Assembly (NCBI GenBank): GCA_964016885.1
Contig: OZ024740.1
Span: 312,542,001-312,606,000, forward strand
DNA from: Eledone cirrhosa
Taxonomy: Eukaryota
Length of the DNA stretch: 64,000 bases
Reading direction: 5' to 3'
The number at the start of each line of letters is the position of its first letter. Within the stretch, counting starts at the first letter, position 1. Positions 1-13,501 of the stretch are shown piece after piece. Position numbers and translations under genes: made by a program. The notes beneath the pieces are model-generated. The model searched no databases and was not told the origin of the DNA. It saw nothing but the letters and a program-made list of their open reading frames with translations.

Positions 1-995
1 TAATTATATTTCATTAGAAATGTGGTTATGAAAGGCTTAACAGCCAGTTATTGTGTAGTCCCAAATACCTGCAGATCTATTAGGCCATCCCATTTAATTT
101 TGGGTAATAATATAGACCAGGCTTCATTATCTAATGTCATTTTTGAAAATAGTAACGTGGATTAGAGGGAGATTTGTTTGCTATTTCTAGCAAGTCAAGC
201 TAACATATAGGGGCTCCATCATTAGTTCATTTAAATGCTGGTGATTGTAGTTTGTTTGAAACTATAGCTTTCGTCAATCAGTTGAATGGCTTTCTTTTGG
301 ATATGTGTTCTACAGCAGCACATCTCTTATAGTACTTACTGGAGTTTTGTAGATAATCAGGAAAACGTCAAGACTGAAATAATTGTTTTAGGTTGAAGAA
401 GAAATCTAGTCTTTGGAACAGGGTTCTAGCAAAGTTATGTGTCTGTGTTTGTGGTTACACTGTGACATCATCAATGATTTTGAGATCTAGCAATTGAAAT
501 GTCTTGAAGGCTTTGGTTGTATGTTATTCAGGTTTAAAGGGGATATAGTGCAAGGCATTTTTCTTTATATGTCTGTACTGTTGAGTAGCCAAGCTGAAAG
601 GAAGTGGGTTTGAATGACACTCTTCAAATCCTAGGTTTGCTGGAAAGGACTATCAGTTATGAATTAAGGAGAGGAAAGAATATGGAACTATACTGATAGA
701 GTGACTGCATGTCCAATATTAGGATCAGTTTCAAGATTGTTTCCTAGATTTGAGTAGTAATTATTCTTTGTGCTGTTGAACAATCCAATGGAGGATGTAT
801 TTGGGGCTTGTAATATAATCAGTACTCCGGGTTGTTTTGATAACTTATTATCACTGATATAACCATCAGAGGTACTTGTATTCTAACTAACGATACATCT
901 GAGAGAGTTAACTACAAACAGCAATAGCTAGTATACAGTTCCTTGAGGTGCTCCACTCTCAATTATTTAACTTTAAGAAATTACAACATCTTATC

Positions 996-1215
996 TCACC
1001 GTTGAGACCTCAGGTGTCCTTGGACCTCATACAGATGAGCTCTTCTGTAAAATCGGAATGACAACAGCCCGCCGAAGGAAGGAGCCCTGTAAAGTGGGGT
1101 GGCTGTTGTAGCAGGTGTCGCTGGCCATTGTCCACGGAAATGCCTTTGCAATTTTGTCTGCGGAGCACAGCCAAAACATCACTGTGACCTAGGTGTAGAG
1201 TCTGTCACCGTCTCC
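996..1215 (+). mobile_element. 3' fragment of a CRE-like (restriction-like endonuclease) non-LTR retrotransposon
   Basis: Translates as TVETSGVLGPHTDELFCKIG...GWLL*QVSLAIVHGNAFAILS, matching the ET-x-G...S-x-A-x-x-x-GNA C-terminal RLE motif. Related copies at 17826 and 23583. Confidence 0.65.
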
Positions 1216-1449
1216 TTTCCCCCTCTTCTTTCTTCTGCTGCCTAATAGTCCTTCTCTTTCGCTCCTTTTATAGCATTTATAGTCCTTTCCTATACAGCCA
1301 GATCTGCCCTTCTTTACCCCTTCCCCTATTTTCATTACTTAATTTTGTTTTTATCCTTTTTTAATATTTTCATCATTGTATAACCTTTGTTCAATAATTT
1401 CTTGATTAACTTGACTTCTGTCTTTTAGTAAGTTTCATTCCTACATGTT

Positions 1450-1800
1450 GATGTACACCACTTGAGATCATGTAGCTTGTAGTATATTATCCCACGGTCA
1501 ACTTTGTTGAAAGCTTTCGCTTAGTTCATGTACACCACATCTACATTTGTGTGATTGAGTAGCAGTTTTAACATCTAGTCTTAATGTTGCAGCAGCTGTG
1601 TGAGACAGATTCAATCTGTATAGAAAACCATGTTGTCTATCAATTAGGAAGTCATTTACTTCTACGACCATAATCAGTTAATTTATTCCATGACGTTACT
1701 GATATTTCAGGTCAGAGAGATAAGACTGTAAATTTTAGCATCTGCTTTGCTTCGTTTCTTATGGATATGATACATTTTCTTTTGGGTTTTTTGGCAAGCC
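1450..1800 (-). mobile_element. Degraded CR1/L2-type LINE reverse transcriptase fragment
   Basis: Minus strand gives QHGF...VDVVYMN*AKAFNKVDRGII (D-x-x-KAFD-like motif) with stops. Confidence 0.55.
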
Positions 1801-2051
1801 TACCACTTTATATGAATATATCAGACACATGCTGAGTAGGTATTAGGTATTAATAAAATGAATTATCAATGAAAAGCTCTTATAACTATAAGACTGTACA
1901 AAAAATATTGACTAGAAATATTTACTTACAAATATGTATGTATGTGAATATAAGTATATATATAAAAGAGTTTAGATGAGTTGATAATACAACCATATAA
2001 AGGCAAAGAATATTTCAAAACTCAGTGTTTAGGTAAGAAACAGTTCATAGT

Positions 2052-2262
2052 TTAACCCTTTAGCATTTAAAGCGGTCGTATCGGACCAGAATTCTCTCAC
2101 CACTTTTTGTTCAAACAGGCCATAACCAACCATTCATGTTTACGTTAAGGTATTGTTCTCAAAATAAATATCAAAATCTCATAGATTCGATATTATGAGA
2201 TAAAGCTTTTATCATGAAAATATAATAGTAAATATAGAGTAATGTAAATGCTAAAGGGCTAT
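2052..2262. mobile_element. piggyBac-like MITE (family 1)
   Basis: TTAA-CCCTTTAGCATTT ... AAATGCTAAAGGG terminal inverted repeats. Related copies at 11399 and 12992. Confidence 0.65.
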
Positions 2263-3549
2263 TTCAATCAGTAAATTTTTAAATCACAGTAGACATTTTC
2301 GGACTTCTGTTATCATCTTATGGACATATATTGTTATTTAATAGATTGAGATTAATATACCAGGAATCAATATTCATGTTATTTCAATTGAATCTTTCAT
2401 CAATCAATTAAAAGATTTAATTTAATTCCTGGTTATTTTTTATTCATTTATACACACACACATTAAATATTGTAGGCATGTTGTTTATGAAGTTTGTTGT
2501 AAAAGTCTATAATTCAAGTTCAATTTCTGTGAGTAACATGTTCAACACATGTTCTACTATAGCTGTGGACTGACTAATACCTAATATCTTTGGAGTGGAA
2601 TTTGGTAGATGGAAACTATGCAGAAACCTGTTGTGTATAGATATATATACCTGTTTAAAATCTATTGTTTGTGTTCATGTTATATATCTGTGCATGAATA
2701 TGTCGATATTTGTGTGTATATTTATGTTTCATTATCATTTTTCTATGACTGGAAGCTCTTAACATCAACCACTTTATGGAGTGTATTAGGTGTGTTTTAT
2801 TGTGGTATCAACACTAGGGAGGTTGTCAGTCATTGATTTGACTGGAGAGCCCTCTTCATTCTCTGTGTGTGTGTGTGTATGAAAAACAAGCATGTATTTT
2901 ATACACGAGCATATATGGTATGTGTGAGTATGGGTTTAAAATATATATATATATTTCAAAAATATTGATTCAAGAACTCGAGGTGCATTTTCCTCACAGG
3001 AGTGATGGAGTATTTTTAGAATAAGGAAATACAAAGATTAGATGATAAAGTCCTTTATTGATAAGGCCATTATACATATTTCGAGGACGACACTATTGAG
3101 TAGACTTACTCTAAAGACCCTTCAGAAGAATCCCATATTGGCAACTTGTATTCGTGATCATATTCTTTCAGTCATTACTCAAGATTCACCACCATAGGTC
3201 AGGATTGGTACAAATACCGAATTGAAAATAGTGAGTTTGGCTTTTTAATCTACCTCCCTTCTGATTACTGAATGCTGAAGTTGGCACATTACTGCACCAC
3301 CTCCTGCAATTCTTGCACTTAATTCAGCATCCTGCCTTCTATCACTCGTGAACAAGGCACCAAGATAATATTTAAACTTCTCCATTCATATGTAGAGTGC
3401 ACTGCACAGGCTTCATTAAGAGGATGAGTGTCTCAGTTTTTGCAGCACTGATTTTCATTTCAGCCATGCAGCACTCAGCCTCAAACCAATCAAGTACAAG
3501 TAAAAGATCACTTTCTGTCAAGTTCGATAACATAGATATATAATGACTA

Positions 3550-4838
3550 TAACAAGGAATTTCGCCTACAGGTTGGTGTCCATCAGAGCTCTGTTCTTAG
3601 CCCTCTCCTGTTTATTATCATATTGCAGGCTATAACAGAGAAGTTTAAGACCGGATGCCCATGAGAACTTAAGCAGGGACTAGAAAGAAGAGGTCTCAAA
3701 GTCAACCTGACAAAGACTAAGGTCCTCGTAAGAAGAGAAAACAGAACCCAGATCCACTCAGGAAAATGGTCTTGCTCATTATATAGGAAAGGTATAGGTA
3801 GAAATTCCATCCTCTGCCCCAAATACAAACTATGGGTACACAAGAGATGTAGTGGGATCTCAGGAAGTTTTGTTAAGAATGTAGGCTTAACATGTAGCAT
3901 TTGCACCGAGACAGTAAGCAGCAAACGGCCACAGGAAACAAGCCCTACCAAATTCTGGGAGGGCTCTGTAAAAACAGTAGGCAGCTTCTGCTACCTAGGT
4001 GACCTAATTAGCAGCAGAGGTGGGTGTTCTGAAAGTACAGTAACCAGGGTAAGAATGGGATGGAAGAAGTTCAGGGAGCTACTACCACTGCTAGCTGTGA
4101 AAGGCAGACTATGATGCGTGCATATGAACAGCAATGTTTCATGGTAGTGAGACCTGAGTGTTGTGTGCATAAGACTTGCGTAGATTAGAAAGAAATGAAG
4201 CTTGCATGCTCCGATGGATGTGTAACAGTAATATACACAAATGGCAAACCATAAATGAATTGAGAGAGAGACAGCATAAGAGGGATCAAATGCTATGTGC
4301 AGGAGAGGAGATTACGTTGGTATGGACATGTGATGCATATGAAGGATGACAGCTGCATAAAAAGGTGCAGAGCACTAAAAATCAATGGAAGCCTTGGAAT
4401 GGGGGAGACCCAAGAAGACCTGGGATAAGGTGATAAAAGCTGACTTTGCCCAATTGCACGTCTCAAAGGCGATGACACACAACCAAGACCTCTGGTGTTA
4501 CGCAGTAATACAGAAGACCCGACTTCCCATGGGTACAAGCTGAAGCTGAAGCATATAAACAGTATGCCCCCACCCCTCCCGCTGTAAAGTGGTTATGTAG
4601 GTGTCATGCCCCAAAACACCCAGTCCACACTGTAAAGTGGTCGTGTAGGCGCCACAGTAAAAAAAGCACCCAGTACTCACTATAAATGAAGTTGGTGTTA
4701 GGAAGGGCATCCAGCTGTAGAAATCAAGCCAAAATCAGTTTTGTATGAGCAAGACATGGTCACTTCACCTGGCATTGCCCACAACAGGACAACCCGTCTA
4801 ACCCATGCTAGCGTGGAAGAATGGACGTAAAATGATGG
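3550..4838 (+). mobile_element. 5'-truncated, degraded RTE-clade LINE (RT C-terminal half plus 3' UTR)
   Basis: VGVHQSSVLSPLLF, RNEACMLRWMC and ERRLRWYGHVM motifs, with frameshifts and stops. The 3' UTR is shared with other copies. Confidence 0.9.
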
Positions 4839-5139
4839 TGTAGGTAACACAGTAAAAACCTCCCAGTCCACACTGTAAACGTGGTTGGTGTTAGGAAGGG
4901 CATCCATCCGTTGAAAACCTGCCAAAACAAGCGAGATGACCAATCTTGCCTCAAGTGGGACAATTCCTGTCTAAACCCATGCTAGCGTGGAAGATAGACA
5001 TTAAACGATGATGATGATATATATATATATATTTGCCTTGTGTGAGCGAAATGTAGTCTTCCGACTAGATCTCTCCCAAAGGGACAGCCTGTCCCACCCA
5101 TGCTAGTTTGGAAAATGGATGTTAAACAATGATGATGAT
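4839..5139 (+). mobile_element. Two additional RTE/SINE 3' tails in tandem, ending in (GAT)n
   Basis: Repeated CCCATGCTAG...GGAC(G/A)TTAAA-(GAT)n termini at about 5017 and 5139. Confidence 0.7.
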
Positions 5140-5348
5140 ACCTTTGAGCTAGAAGTGTATGTATGCTGTATGGTAGTAATATGTAAAATATGTAGGATTA
5201 AATAACCAAACTTAAAAATTTCATTCAGCTGGTCTTGTTGAATGTATTTATTTTCCATGGAAGAGAACAGTCAGTAAAAATACTGATTGAACACAGTCTT
5301 TTATTCATATATGTAATTCTGTTTACCTTACACATGATAAACATATGT

Positions 5349-5871
5349 TTAACCCTTTCACGACTGCATTTCTAATGAAATACACTCTATGTTAATTAAT
5401 TAATGAAGAACTTCAAAGGATTTACTAAAATTATTAATTATTTCATTACTAAGATAGTAATTTATTGTCTTCTTCCTGGCAGGGTCATGGGGGAAGAGTC
5501 TTCAAACACTCCTTCCAGCGGGTCCTGTCAGATGCAACCATCTTCAACTGATCTGGCTGGATCCCCAAGCAAGACCAGCTTAGCTCATGCATGTTATCCA
5601 ACCATCTTGCTCGGGATCTACCCCTGTGTCTCCTGCCAGTTGGTTTTGTAAAATCTGTCCAGCAATTCTTTCCTGAGACATTTTAACCACATGCCCATAG
5701 TATCGGAACTTTGATCTCTCAATTCGGAGAAGTAGCGATTCTACTTAATGTAAAGTTCTTATATTAAATTATGTTGGAAGATTTTAAATTAAATTTGAAA
5801 CCATTAAAATGTGTGATTTTATTTCATAGAACCAGAGTCAGTTTCGGCCAGGTTAGTAACTAAAGAGTTAA
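5349..5871. mobile_element. piggyBac-like MITE (family 2) carrying a nested minus-strand RTE-type fragment (~5465-5750)
   Basis: TTAA-CCCTTT ... AAAGAG-TTAA ends. The uninterrupted copy is at 57682-57909. The insert translates LLLRIERSKFRYYGHVVKMSQER on the minus strand. Confidence 0.7.
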
Positions 5872-6264
5872 GACATTATTTCATGAGATATCAGTTTTTG
5901 CTTTACTCAACTAATCCATTATAAATTTGTAAAATGACAAATGTATTGTAATTGTCTCTCAGTTTTGTAATAAGATACTTCTTCTGGTTCCTATTGCAGT
6001 TGAAAAGTTGTTTACTATAATCTTAATATTAAGAAACTATTTCAGCTTTCAGCTATAGTCACAAATTTGCTAATATGTTTTGTCTTTTTTTTTAAATTCC
6101 TCTTAGTCATAGAGTAATATTTTGAAGTTATATTTGGTTGGAAAATGACTTGCTCTGAGATTCCTATGTTAAAACAGAAACAATTACATCTTGAAAGAGT
6201 CATATGTTTATCTATGTTGAGATGCAGTGGAAATCTGTTACTGACTAGGTTATACAAATGCAGG

Positions 6265-6544
6265 CAGAGCCAGATATAGGCAGGGGACGAGGGGGGGGGG
6301 GGGGCAAAGAGGGCAATGCCCTGAGACACCTGCAGTGAGGGTGAGTCCCACCAGCGATGGCCGTAGCAATTTATTCATGCCCTCTGCTGGGGTTTTTAGT
6401 TTTAGGATGGTTAGATTTTTTTTATTTAATACCTGTATGTATAACTTTTCAATTCCAAGCTGACTTTGATATGTAAAATTGGAGGTTTGCTGTATATTCT
6501 AATTTTTTGTGCTCCAGGCCCCCTAAGGTCTAAATTGGGCCCTG
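6265..6544. mobile_element. Non-autonomous DNA transposon (hAT-like MITE)
   Basis: Imperfect TIRs CAGAGCCAGATATAG / CTAAATTGGGCCCTG. Flanks aatgcagg / agtgcagt resemble a decayed 8-bp TSD. Confidence 0.45.
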
Positions 6545-6859
6545 AGTGCAGTAGCACCACTTCTTACTCTGTAGTACACAATTCTTATCAAAAACATAGG
6601 AAAATATGAATGTTAACAGTTTTTATCTGATTTTATATAACTGTCATGATTCTTTCACATAATATTGTTTTTTGAGAAATCACTTTGTTTTATTTTGCTC
6701 AATCTACTTTAGTATTATATAATGTTTATTTTATTGTCTGTTATATCATCATTTTTCATTTGCTTTTTTCTAAATGACTTGTAGAGTCCATACTTCTCTT
6801 TTTGGGCATGGATTTTATGGTTAGATGATCTTCTTGGTGCCGGGAATAAATGTAAATTA

Positions 6860-7270
6860 AATGAGATGCAGTTTGATTTTGTGTCAAGTCAGGGTAGCAT
6901 TGCCTTCTTACTGCAGGAAACTGTCCTAGTTAAGAACAAACCACTATATTTAGCTTTTGTTGGTCTGGAGAAGGTCTTTGACAGAATACCATGATTCTAT
7001 AAGCTGGTAGTCTGAAAGAAAATTAGGTGTAGATGAATGGTGCAGGAGAGCAGTGCAGGCGATGATTTCACATGTCAGTATAATGAGTAACTCGGCATGC
7101 AGGTCAAGTAATTCAGGGCTGAGTCTGCAGCTTCTTTGTATTTATTATAGTCCTTCAGAGGAGTTTAAGACTGGCCATCTGTGAGAACTTCTATATGCTG
7201 ATGACCTAGTACTTATAGCTGAATCTGTGGATGATTTAGAGAAGAAATTCTAGTTATGGAATCATGCCTA
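6860..7270 (+). mobile_element. Old RTE LINE RT fragment
   Basis: EMQF...KPLYLAFVGLEKVFDRIP...ELLYADDLVLIAES with stops. Confidence 0.8.
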
Positions 7271-7369
7271 CAAAGGTCGAAGATATTGGGGACAATATAA
7301 GTACAACACTGAGTAGGGTTTACATCAATTAAAGGAATTTGTTAATCCAGGTATATTAATAACATTTCT

Positions 7370-7565
7370 AATTTAGTCCAACAATTTGTGGAGAGAGGAA
7401 AGGTCATTAGATCGACCCCAGTACGTGACTGGTACTTTATTTTATCAACCTCAAAAGAATGTAAGGCAAAGTAAATCATGGTGGGATTTGAACTCAGGAT
7501 GTAAAGATCCGGAATAAATGCTGCAAAGAATTTTCTCTGACACTAACAATTCTGCCAATCCACCA
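7370..7565 (-). mobile_element. tRNA-derived SINE with Deu/Nin-like core
   Basis: Reverse complement of the 29940 family (GAGTTCAAAT B box, TTTGCCTT..CAT, AAGTACCAGT core). Confidence 0.65.
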
Positions 7566-8856
7566 TCACATCACATCTTTCATAAAACACACTTCCTCAT
7601 CTTCCTCCTGTAGTAATAATTGAAGAAGGTCTGGTCAGAGAGGATGATTCCTGTCCTCAAACCTTTTTGACATGTCCGCCATACAGCTTTCGTTGCCATA
7701 GCTACCAAGTAGAAGACTTATGACACCTTCCTTCTCCAGGAAGCTGGCGGTTCAATTTTCACAATAGAACTGACTGATAGCCAGATCTGTCCTACATATG
7801 GTAGTAGTTGTTTGACACAAACTTGCAAGTCTGCAATGATCAGATGCAGTGAGAAAATATGCATGTGCAGATGTGTATTTTTGGGGAAGTGACAGAAATA
7901 CAAGGGAATACAAGAAAACTAGAATACTATTTGAGAGACATATTGTCTAATGCTATAAATATTGTTGTTGGTGTATTATTATTATATTGGATTATAAATA
8001 TTGTTGTTGGTGTATTATTATTATTATATTGGATTATAAATATTGTTGTCAGCTGCACCAGATTGAAACTGCCAATTATTTTGTAAATAAATTAGTGGTT
8101 TACAATAAAGGATTGTTTGATGATTGCCTTAATACGTCATAATTATTTTCATTGTTATATTAATTAGGATAGGACATGTATGTATAGTACCATAACTCCC
8201 GAGGGAGTCGTAGGGGCACCTTACATACAGCATTTCTAGGGCATTTTTTAAAACCTGGCAGAGCCCATCTCCTCTCCAGGTCTGAATACAGTAGAAATGG
8301 AAGACAGTGCTTCAAACAACATAGTAAATCTTAACATCCTGTAATGATTTAGCAGAAAATATTTAAACTTTAAAGACTAGTTATTTACTAGTAGATAGAT
8401 TGTTGTAAAAAATTGCAGTGTTAGAATATAGATTTTTCCTTTTAATGTAATGCAGTCACTGCTTTCTGTTTTCTACTTTTCAAGAATGTTTTGTTAATGT
8501 GGTTTCATGTGGTACAGGATTTTAAGAGTCAAGGAAGAAATGTAAATTTACCAGATTTGAAATTTGTGAGAAAAGTTATGCAAAATTAAGAGGTTAACCA
8601 TTGTTAGTTGTGAGTGAATTTGGTAGAGGGAAACTGTACAAAGCCTGTTGTATATATGTGTGGGTGTGTGTCTGTGTGTTTGCTTGTTTTTGCCTCTTTA
8701 CATTCTCTCTAGCACGGGTTCCACTACTTAATGGTTAGACATATGAAAATTCATACTTTACTTAAAAAGCAAGTGATGTGGGGGCATCTGGCTGTAGAAT
8801 TTTGCCTCAAAAAGTTTCATCCAACCAATGCCAGCATGGAAAAATTGATGATGATT

Positions 8857-10132
8857 ATCATCATCATCATCACCGTTTTACGTCTGTTCTTCCACGCTAG
8901 CATGAGTTAGATGGGTTGTCCTGTTGTGTGCAGTGTCTGGTCGGCTGACCATGCCTTGCTCATACAGGAACTGATCTGGCTTGATTTCTACAGCTGGATG
9001 CCCTTCCTAACACCAACCTCATTTACAGTGAGTGCTGGGTGCTTTTTCGTGGCGCCTACACGTCCACTTTACAGTGTGGGCTGGGTGCTTTTTTGCCGTG
9101 GCACCTCCACGACCACCTTGCGGTGGGCGGTGTGGGGGCATATTGTTTATATGCTTCAGCATGTACCCATGGGAGGTCGGGTACTCTGTATTACTGCGTG
9201 ACGCCAGAAGTCACGGTCATGTGTCATTGTCTTTGAGAGGTGTAATTGGGTAAGGTCGGCTTTTATCACCTCATCCCAGGTCATCTTGGGTCTCCCCACT
9301 CCGCGGTTTCCATCAACTTCTAGTGCTCTGCACCTTTTTATGCAGCTGTCATCCTTCATACGCATCACATGTCCATACCAGCGCAACCGCCTCTCCTGCA
9401 CACAGCATTTGATTCCTCTTATGCTCAGTCTCTCTCTCTCAATTCATTTATGCTTTGTCGTTCACGTATATTACTGTTACACATCCATCGGAGCATGCAG
9501 GCTTCGTTTCTCTCTAATCTACGTAAGTCTTCCACCTTCAGCGCCCAGGTCTCACTACCATGCAACATTGCTGTTCGGATACACGCATCATACAGTCTGC
9601 CTTTCATTCTGAGGGAGAAGCCTTTTGCAGCTAGCAGTGGTAGTAGTTCCCTAAACTTCTTCCATCCCGTTCTTACCCTAGTTATTGTACTTTCTGAACA
9701 CCCACCTCCGTTGCTAATTCGGTCACCTAGGTAGCAGAAGCTGTCTACTGTTTCTACAGGGCCCTCCCAGAGATTGGTGGTACTTGTTTCCTGTGGCTGC
9801 TTGCTGTTTCAGCACAGCTGCTGCATGTGAATCCTACATTCTTAATTAAGCTTCCTGAGATCCCGCTACATCTCTTGTGTACCCATTGTTTGCATTTGGG
9901 GCAGAGAATGGAGTTCCTACCTACACCTTTCCTACATACTGAGCAAGGCCATTTCCCCGAGGGGATCTGGGTTCTGTTTTCTCGTCTACTTACAAGGACC
10001 TTAGTCTTGGTCATGTTGACTTTGAGACCCTTTCTCTCTAGTCCCTGCTTCCAGGTTTGGAATTTATTCTCTAGTTCTACCATAGATTCAGATATAAGTG
10101 CGAGGTCATCAGCATACAGGAGTTCCCATGGG
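8857..10132 (-). mobile_element. Young 5'-truncated RTE LINE, left arm of an inverted pair
   Basis: PWELLYADDLA...SGKWPCSVCRKGVGRNS...ERRLRWYGHVMRM, then 3' UTR and (GAT)n tail at 8857. Confidence 0.95.
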
Positions 10133-10815
10133 TGGAAGACTTACGTAGATTAGAGAGAAACGAAGCCTGCATGCTCCGATGGATGTGTAACAGTAATATA
10201 CGTGAACGACAAAGCATAAATGAATTGAGAGAGAGACTGAGCATAAGAGGAATCAAATGCTGCGTGCAGGAGAGGCGGTTACGCTGGTATGGACATGTGA
10301 TGCGTATGAAGGATGACAGCTGCATAAAAAGGTGCAGAGCACTAGAAGTTGATGGAAACCGCGGAGTGGGGAGACCCAAGATGACTTGGGATGAGGTGAT
10401 AAAAGCCGACCTTACCCAACTACACCTCTCAAAGTCAATGACACACGACCGTGACTTCTGGCGTCACGCAGTAATACAGGGTACCCGACCTCCCATGGGT
10501 ACATGCTGAAGCATATAAACAATATGCCCCCCCCCCCCCCCACCGCAAGGTGGTCGTGGAGGTGCCACGGCAAAAAAGCACCCAGCCCACACTGTAAAGT
10601 GGACGTGTAGGCGCCACGAAAAAGCACCCAGCACTCACTGTAAATGAGGTTGGTGTTAGGAAGGGCATCCAGCTGTAGAAATCAAGCCAGATCAGTTCCT
10701 GTATGAGCAAGGCATGGCCAGCCGACCAGACACTGCCCACAACAGGACAACCCGTCTAACCCATGCTAGCGTGGAAGAACGGACGTAAAACGGTGATGAT
10801 GATGATGATGATGAT
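10131..10815 (+). mobile_element. Young 5'-truncated RTE LINE, right arm of an inverted pair
   Basis: VEDLRRLERNEACMLRWMC...; near-identical reverse complement of 8857-9537, with a (GAT)n tail. Confidence 0.95.
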
Positions 10816-11398
10816 CCGGATTATATATATATATATATCTCAGATTCCCTTTAAGCCCAACTTCTCTCTCAGCTCGTCCAAGTTCTGCCTTTCATTCACA
10901 TTTACATTGCACATCCAACGAAACATGGTTGCCTCATTACTCTCCAGTCTATACGTCCTCTGCTGTCACAGCCCATGTTACACTACCATGCAGCATTGCG
11001 CACAGGCGTATATATATATGGATGTATGTATATAAAATATACAATTTATATGTATATGTGTTTAATAGACTGTTGTAGATTGCTTCAAGCATTGTATATA
11101 GTGAATAATGTAGAAAATGATATGTTTTAAGAAAGCCAAGACAATGCAAAATGGACAGTAAAATTTAGTTTAAATGAAGGCATTGAAAATGTTTGTGTTA
11201 CCTGGTGTTTATTATTATTTTTTTTTTTTATCCTAATATTTTAAATCAAATTTCAAAGTGATAAGACTGGAATGTTTTCCTCTGGGATTTCCTCACACTC
11301 TAAGGAAGGGATTTTTAAATCCTGAAATGTTAAGACAAAAAAAAAAAAAATTAATAATAATAATAAATACCAGGTAACAAACTTTTTCATTTCCTTCA

Positions 11399-11615
11399 TT
11401 AAACCCTTTAGCATTTACATTACTCTATATATACTATTGTATTTTCGTGGTAAGGGCTTTATCTCACATAATATCGAATCTATGAGATTTTGATATGATT
11501 TATTTTGAGAACAATGCTTTAACATCGGTATGAGTGGCCAGTTACAGCTGGTTAGAACAGAAAGAGGTGAGAGAATTCTAGCCTGATACAGTCGGTTCAA
11601 ATGTTAAAGGATTAA
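11399..11615. mobile_element. piggyBac-like MITE (family 1)
   Basis: TTAA at both ends, CCCTTTAGCATTT / AAATGTTAAAGGA TIRs. Confidence 0.7.
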
Positions 11616-12991
11616 ACTAAATTTTGCTGTTCATTTCACATTGTCTAAGCCTTCTTTAAACAATTTTTCTACATAGTGTATGTGTGTGTATATATGCCGA
11701 GGACATGATAGTTTCCTTAGTGTTGGTGCTATGATAAAATCCTCATGGTAAAACATTGGATCGTATGTTGGGCTCTGGCCCACCAGGAAGAGGTCAGAGG
11801 CTCTGTTTGAGTATTGGCCGGTCTGTGACAATATATTGCACCCTTGCTAGCTGCGAAAACGGATATTAAATGATGATGATAAGAGATATATGTATATGCC
11901 ATGGCTGTCTTCACTTAGCAATCATGTAGTTTCCAAGTCAAGGTAGTATACATTATGTGACTAAACTTGAAACCATGGGGTTGGGAAGCAAACCCCTTAA
12001 CCACACACCCATGGCTGAACCTATATATATATATATTTATATAAAGATAAATACCTCTCTGTCAGTTGTACTTTTCAGTTTCCATAGTGAAAAAATATAG
12101 AAAGAAGCGACAAGAAGAATGTGTAAGAAAAGCCAAACGGCATGTGTTTGAAATGTCATAACAAGCAAACATCTAACAAGAAAGTATAAGAGGAGATATT
12201 AAGAAGAATTATTACAAGAACAAAGAAACAAGATTGAAATAATTATAAAAATAGTTGAAAAGGAAGAAAAATATAGAAAGTTGAAACATTTTTTTTACTT
12301 TTCACTAAAATATTTTAAAAAATCAATGAGAAATTAGGGAAAATGTAAAATTTGCCATTTTGGTATGTACTCCTGATGAGATATATGCACAAAATCTATT
12401 TTGCTTTATTTTCTTTGAGTAGTTAGTTAGTCAACAAAGAAGTAGAAAAGGAAACAGTAAGATTTATATAGATTTGAATTAACAATGAATGATAAAAGCC
12501 TGTCAAGAGATTTGTGTATGTATTACATAGTCATATAAAGCTAACAGAAATATAATAGAAAGTATGACAGTATTAGTTTCCCAGATGTACTGGATAGGTG
12601 TAGATAGATTAGCTATATATATGGTCATGTAGTTAAAGTATCTCCTACCATTGAACAAATATTTTTTACTTTTACTTTGGATAGACATTGGTTGGCTTTG
12701 TGTGTAAAATTTCATAAATGCTATCTGTAGAAGTATGTTAGATGGACTGTATATTCTTGTCACAGATCATGCTGATTCTCACTGAGGATTATTTAACCAT
12801 TTTGGTAGCAACCCACCTGAAACTGACCTGGTTTTATTATATACAACTGCTTATTTTAAAATGTTCGCACTTATATCTTAAATGGGTTACATGTTCAATG
12901 ATTTTGGGTATGAGTTTTTGGTCATTACACTTCATTAAGTATGTAGTTCAAGGAATAACTACCACATCTTTGAAATAACATACTTTATTGT

Positions 12992-13501
12992 TTAACACTT
13001 TAGCATTTACGGAGGCACATGGCTTAGTGGTTAGTTCAATTCTCAGACCGGGTGATGTGTTGTTTCCTTGAGCAAGACACTTTATTCCACATTGCTCCAG
13101 TTTACTCAGCTGTAGAAATGAGATGATAGGGACTGGGGTCCCTATCATTCCACTGCAAAGTGGTCGTGTAGGTGCCACGGCAAAAAAGCACCCAGCACTC
13201 ACTGTAAATGAGGTTGGTGTTAGGAAGGGCATCCAGCTGTAGAAATCAAGCCAGAATCATTTCCCGTCCCACCCTTGCAAGCAGGGAAAAGCAGACGTAA
13301 AATGAAATGAATGATAATGATTACTCTATATTTATTATTGTAGTTTCATGGTAAATACTTTATCTCACATAATATCAAATCTACGAGATTTCGATATTAT
13401 TTATTTAACATAAATATGAGCAGCTGGTTATGGCTGGTTTGAACAGAAGGAGGTGAAAGAATTCTGGCCAGATATGGCCGGTTTAAATGCTAAAAGGTTA
13501 A
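12992..13501. mobile_element. piggyBac-like MITE (family 1) interrupted by a SINE
   Basis: TTAA ends. The body matches the 11399 copy once 13011-13320 is removed. Confidence 0.7.
13011..13320 (+). mobile_element. tRNA-derived SINE with RTE-type 3' tail
   Basis: A box TGGCTTAGTGG with an internal deletion before the B box, CCTTGAGCAAGACACTTT core, and tail CCCACCCTTGCAAGCA. Copies at 24767 and 53696. Confidence 0.85.
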
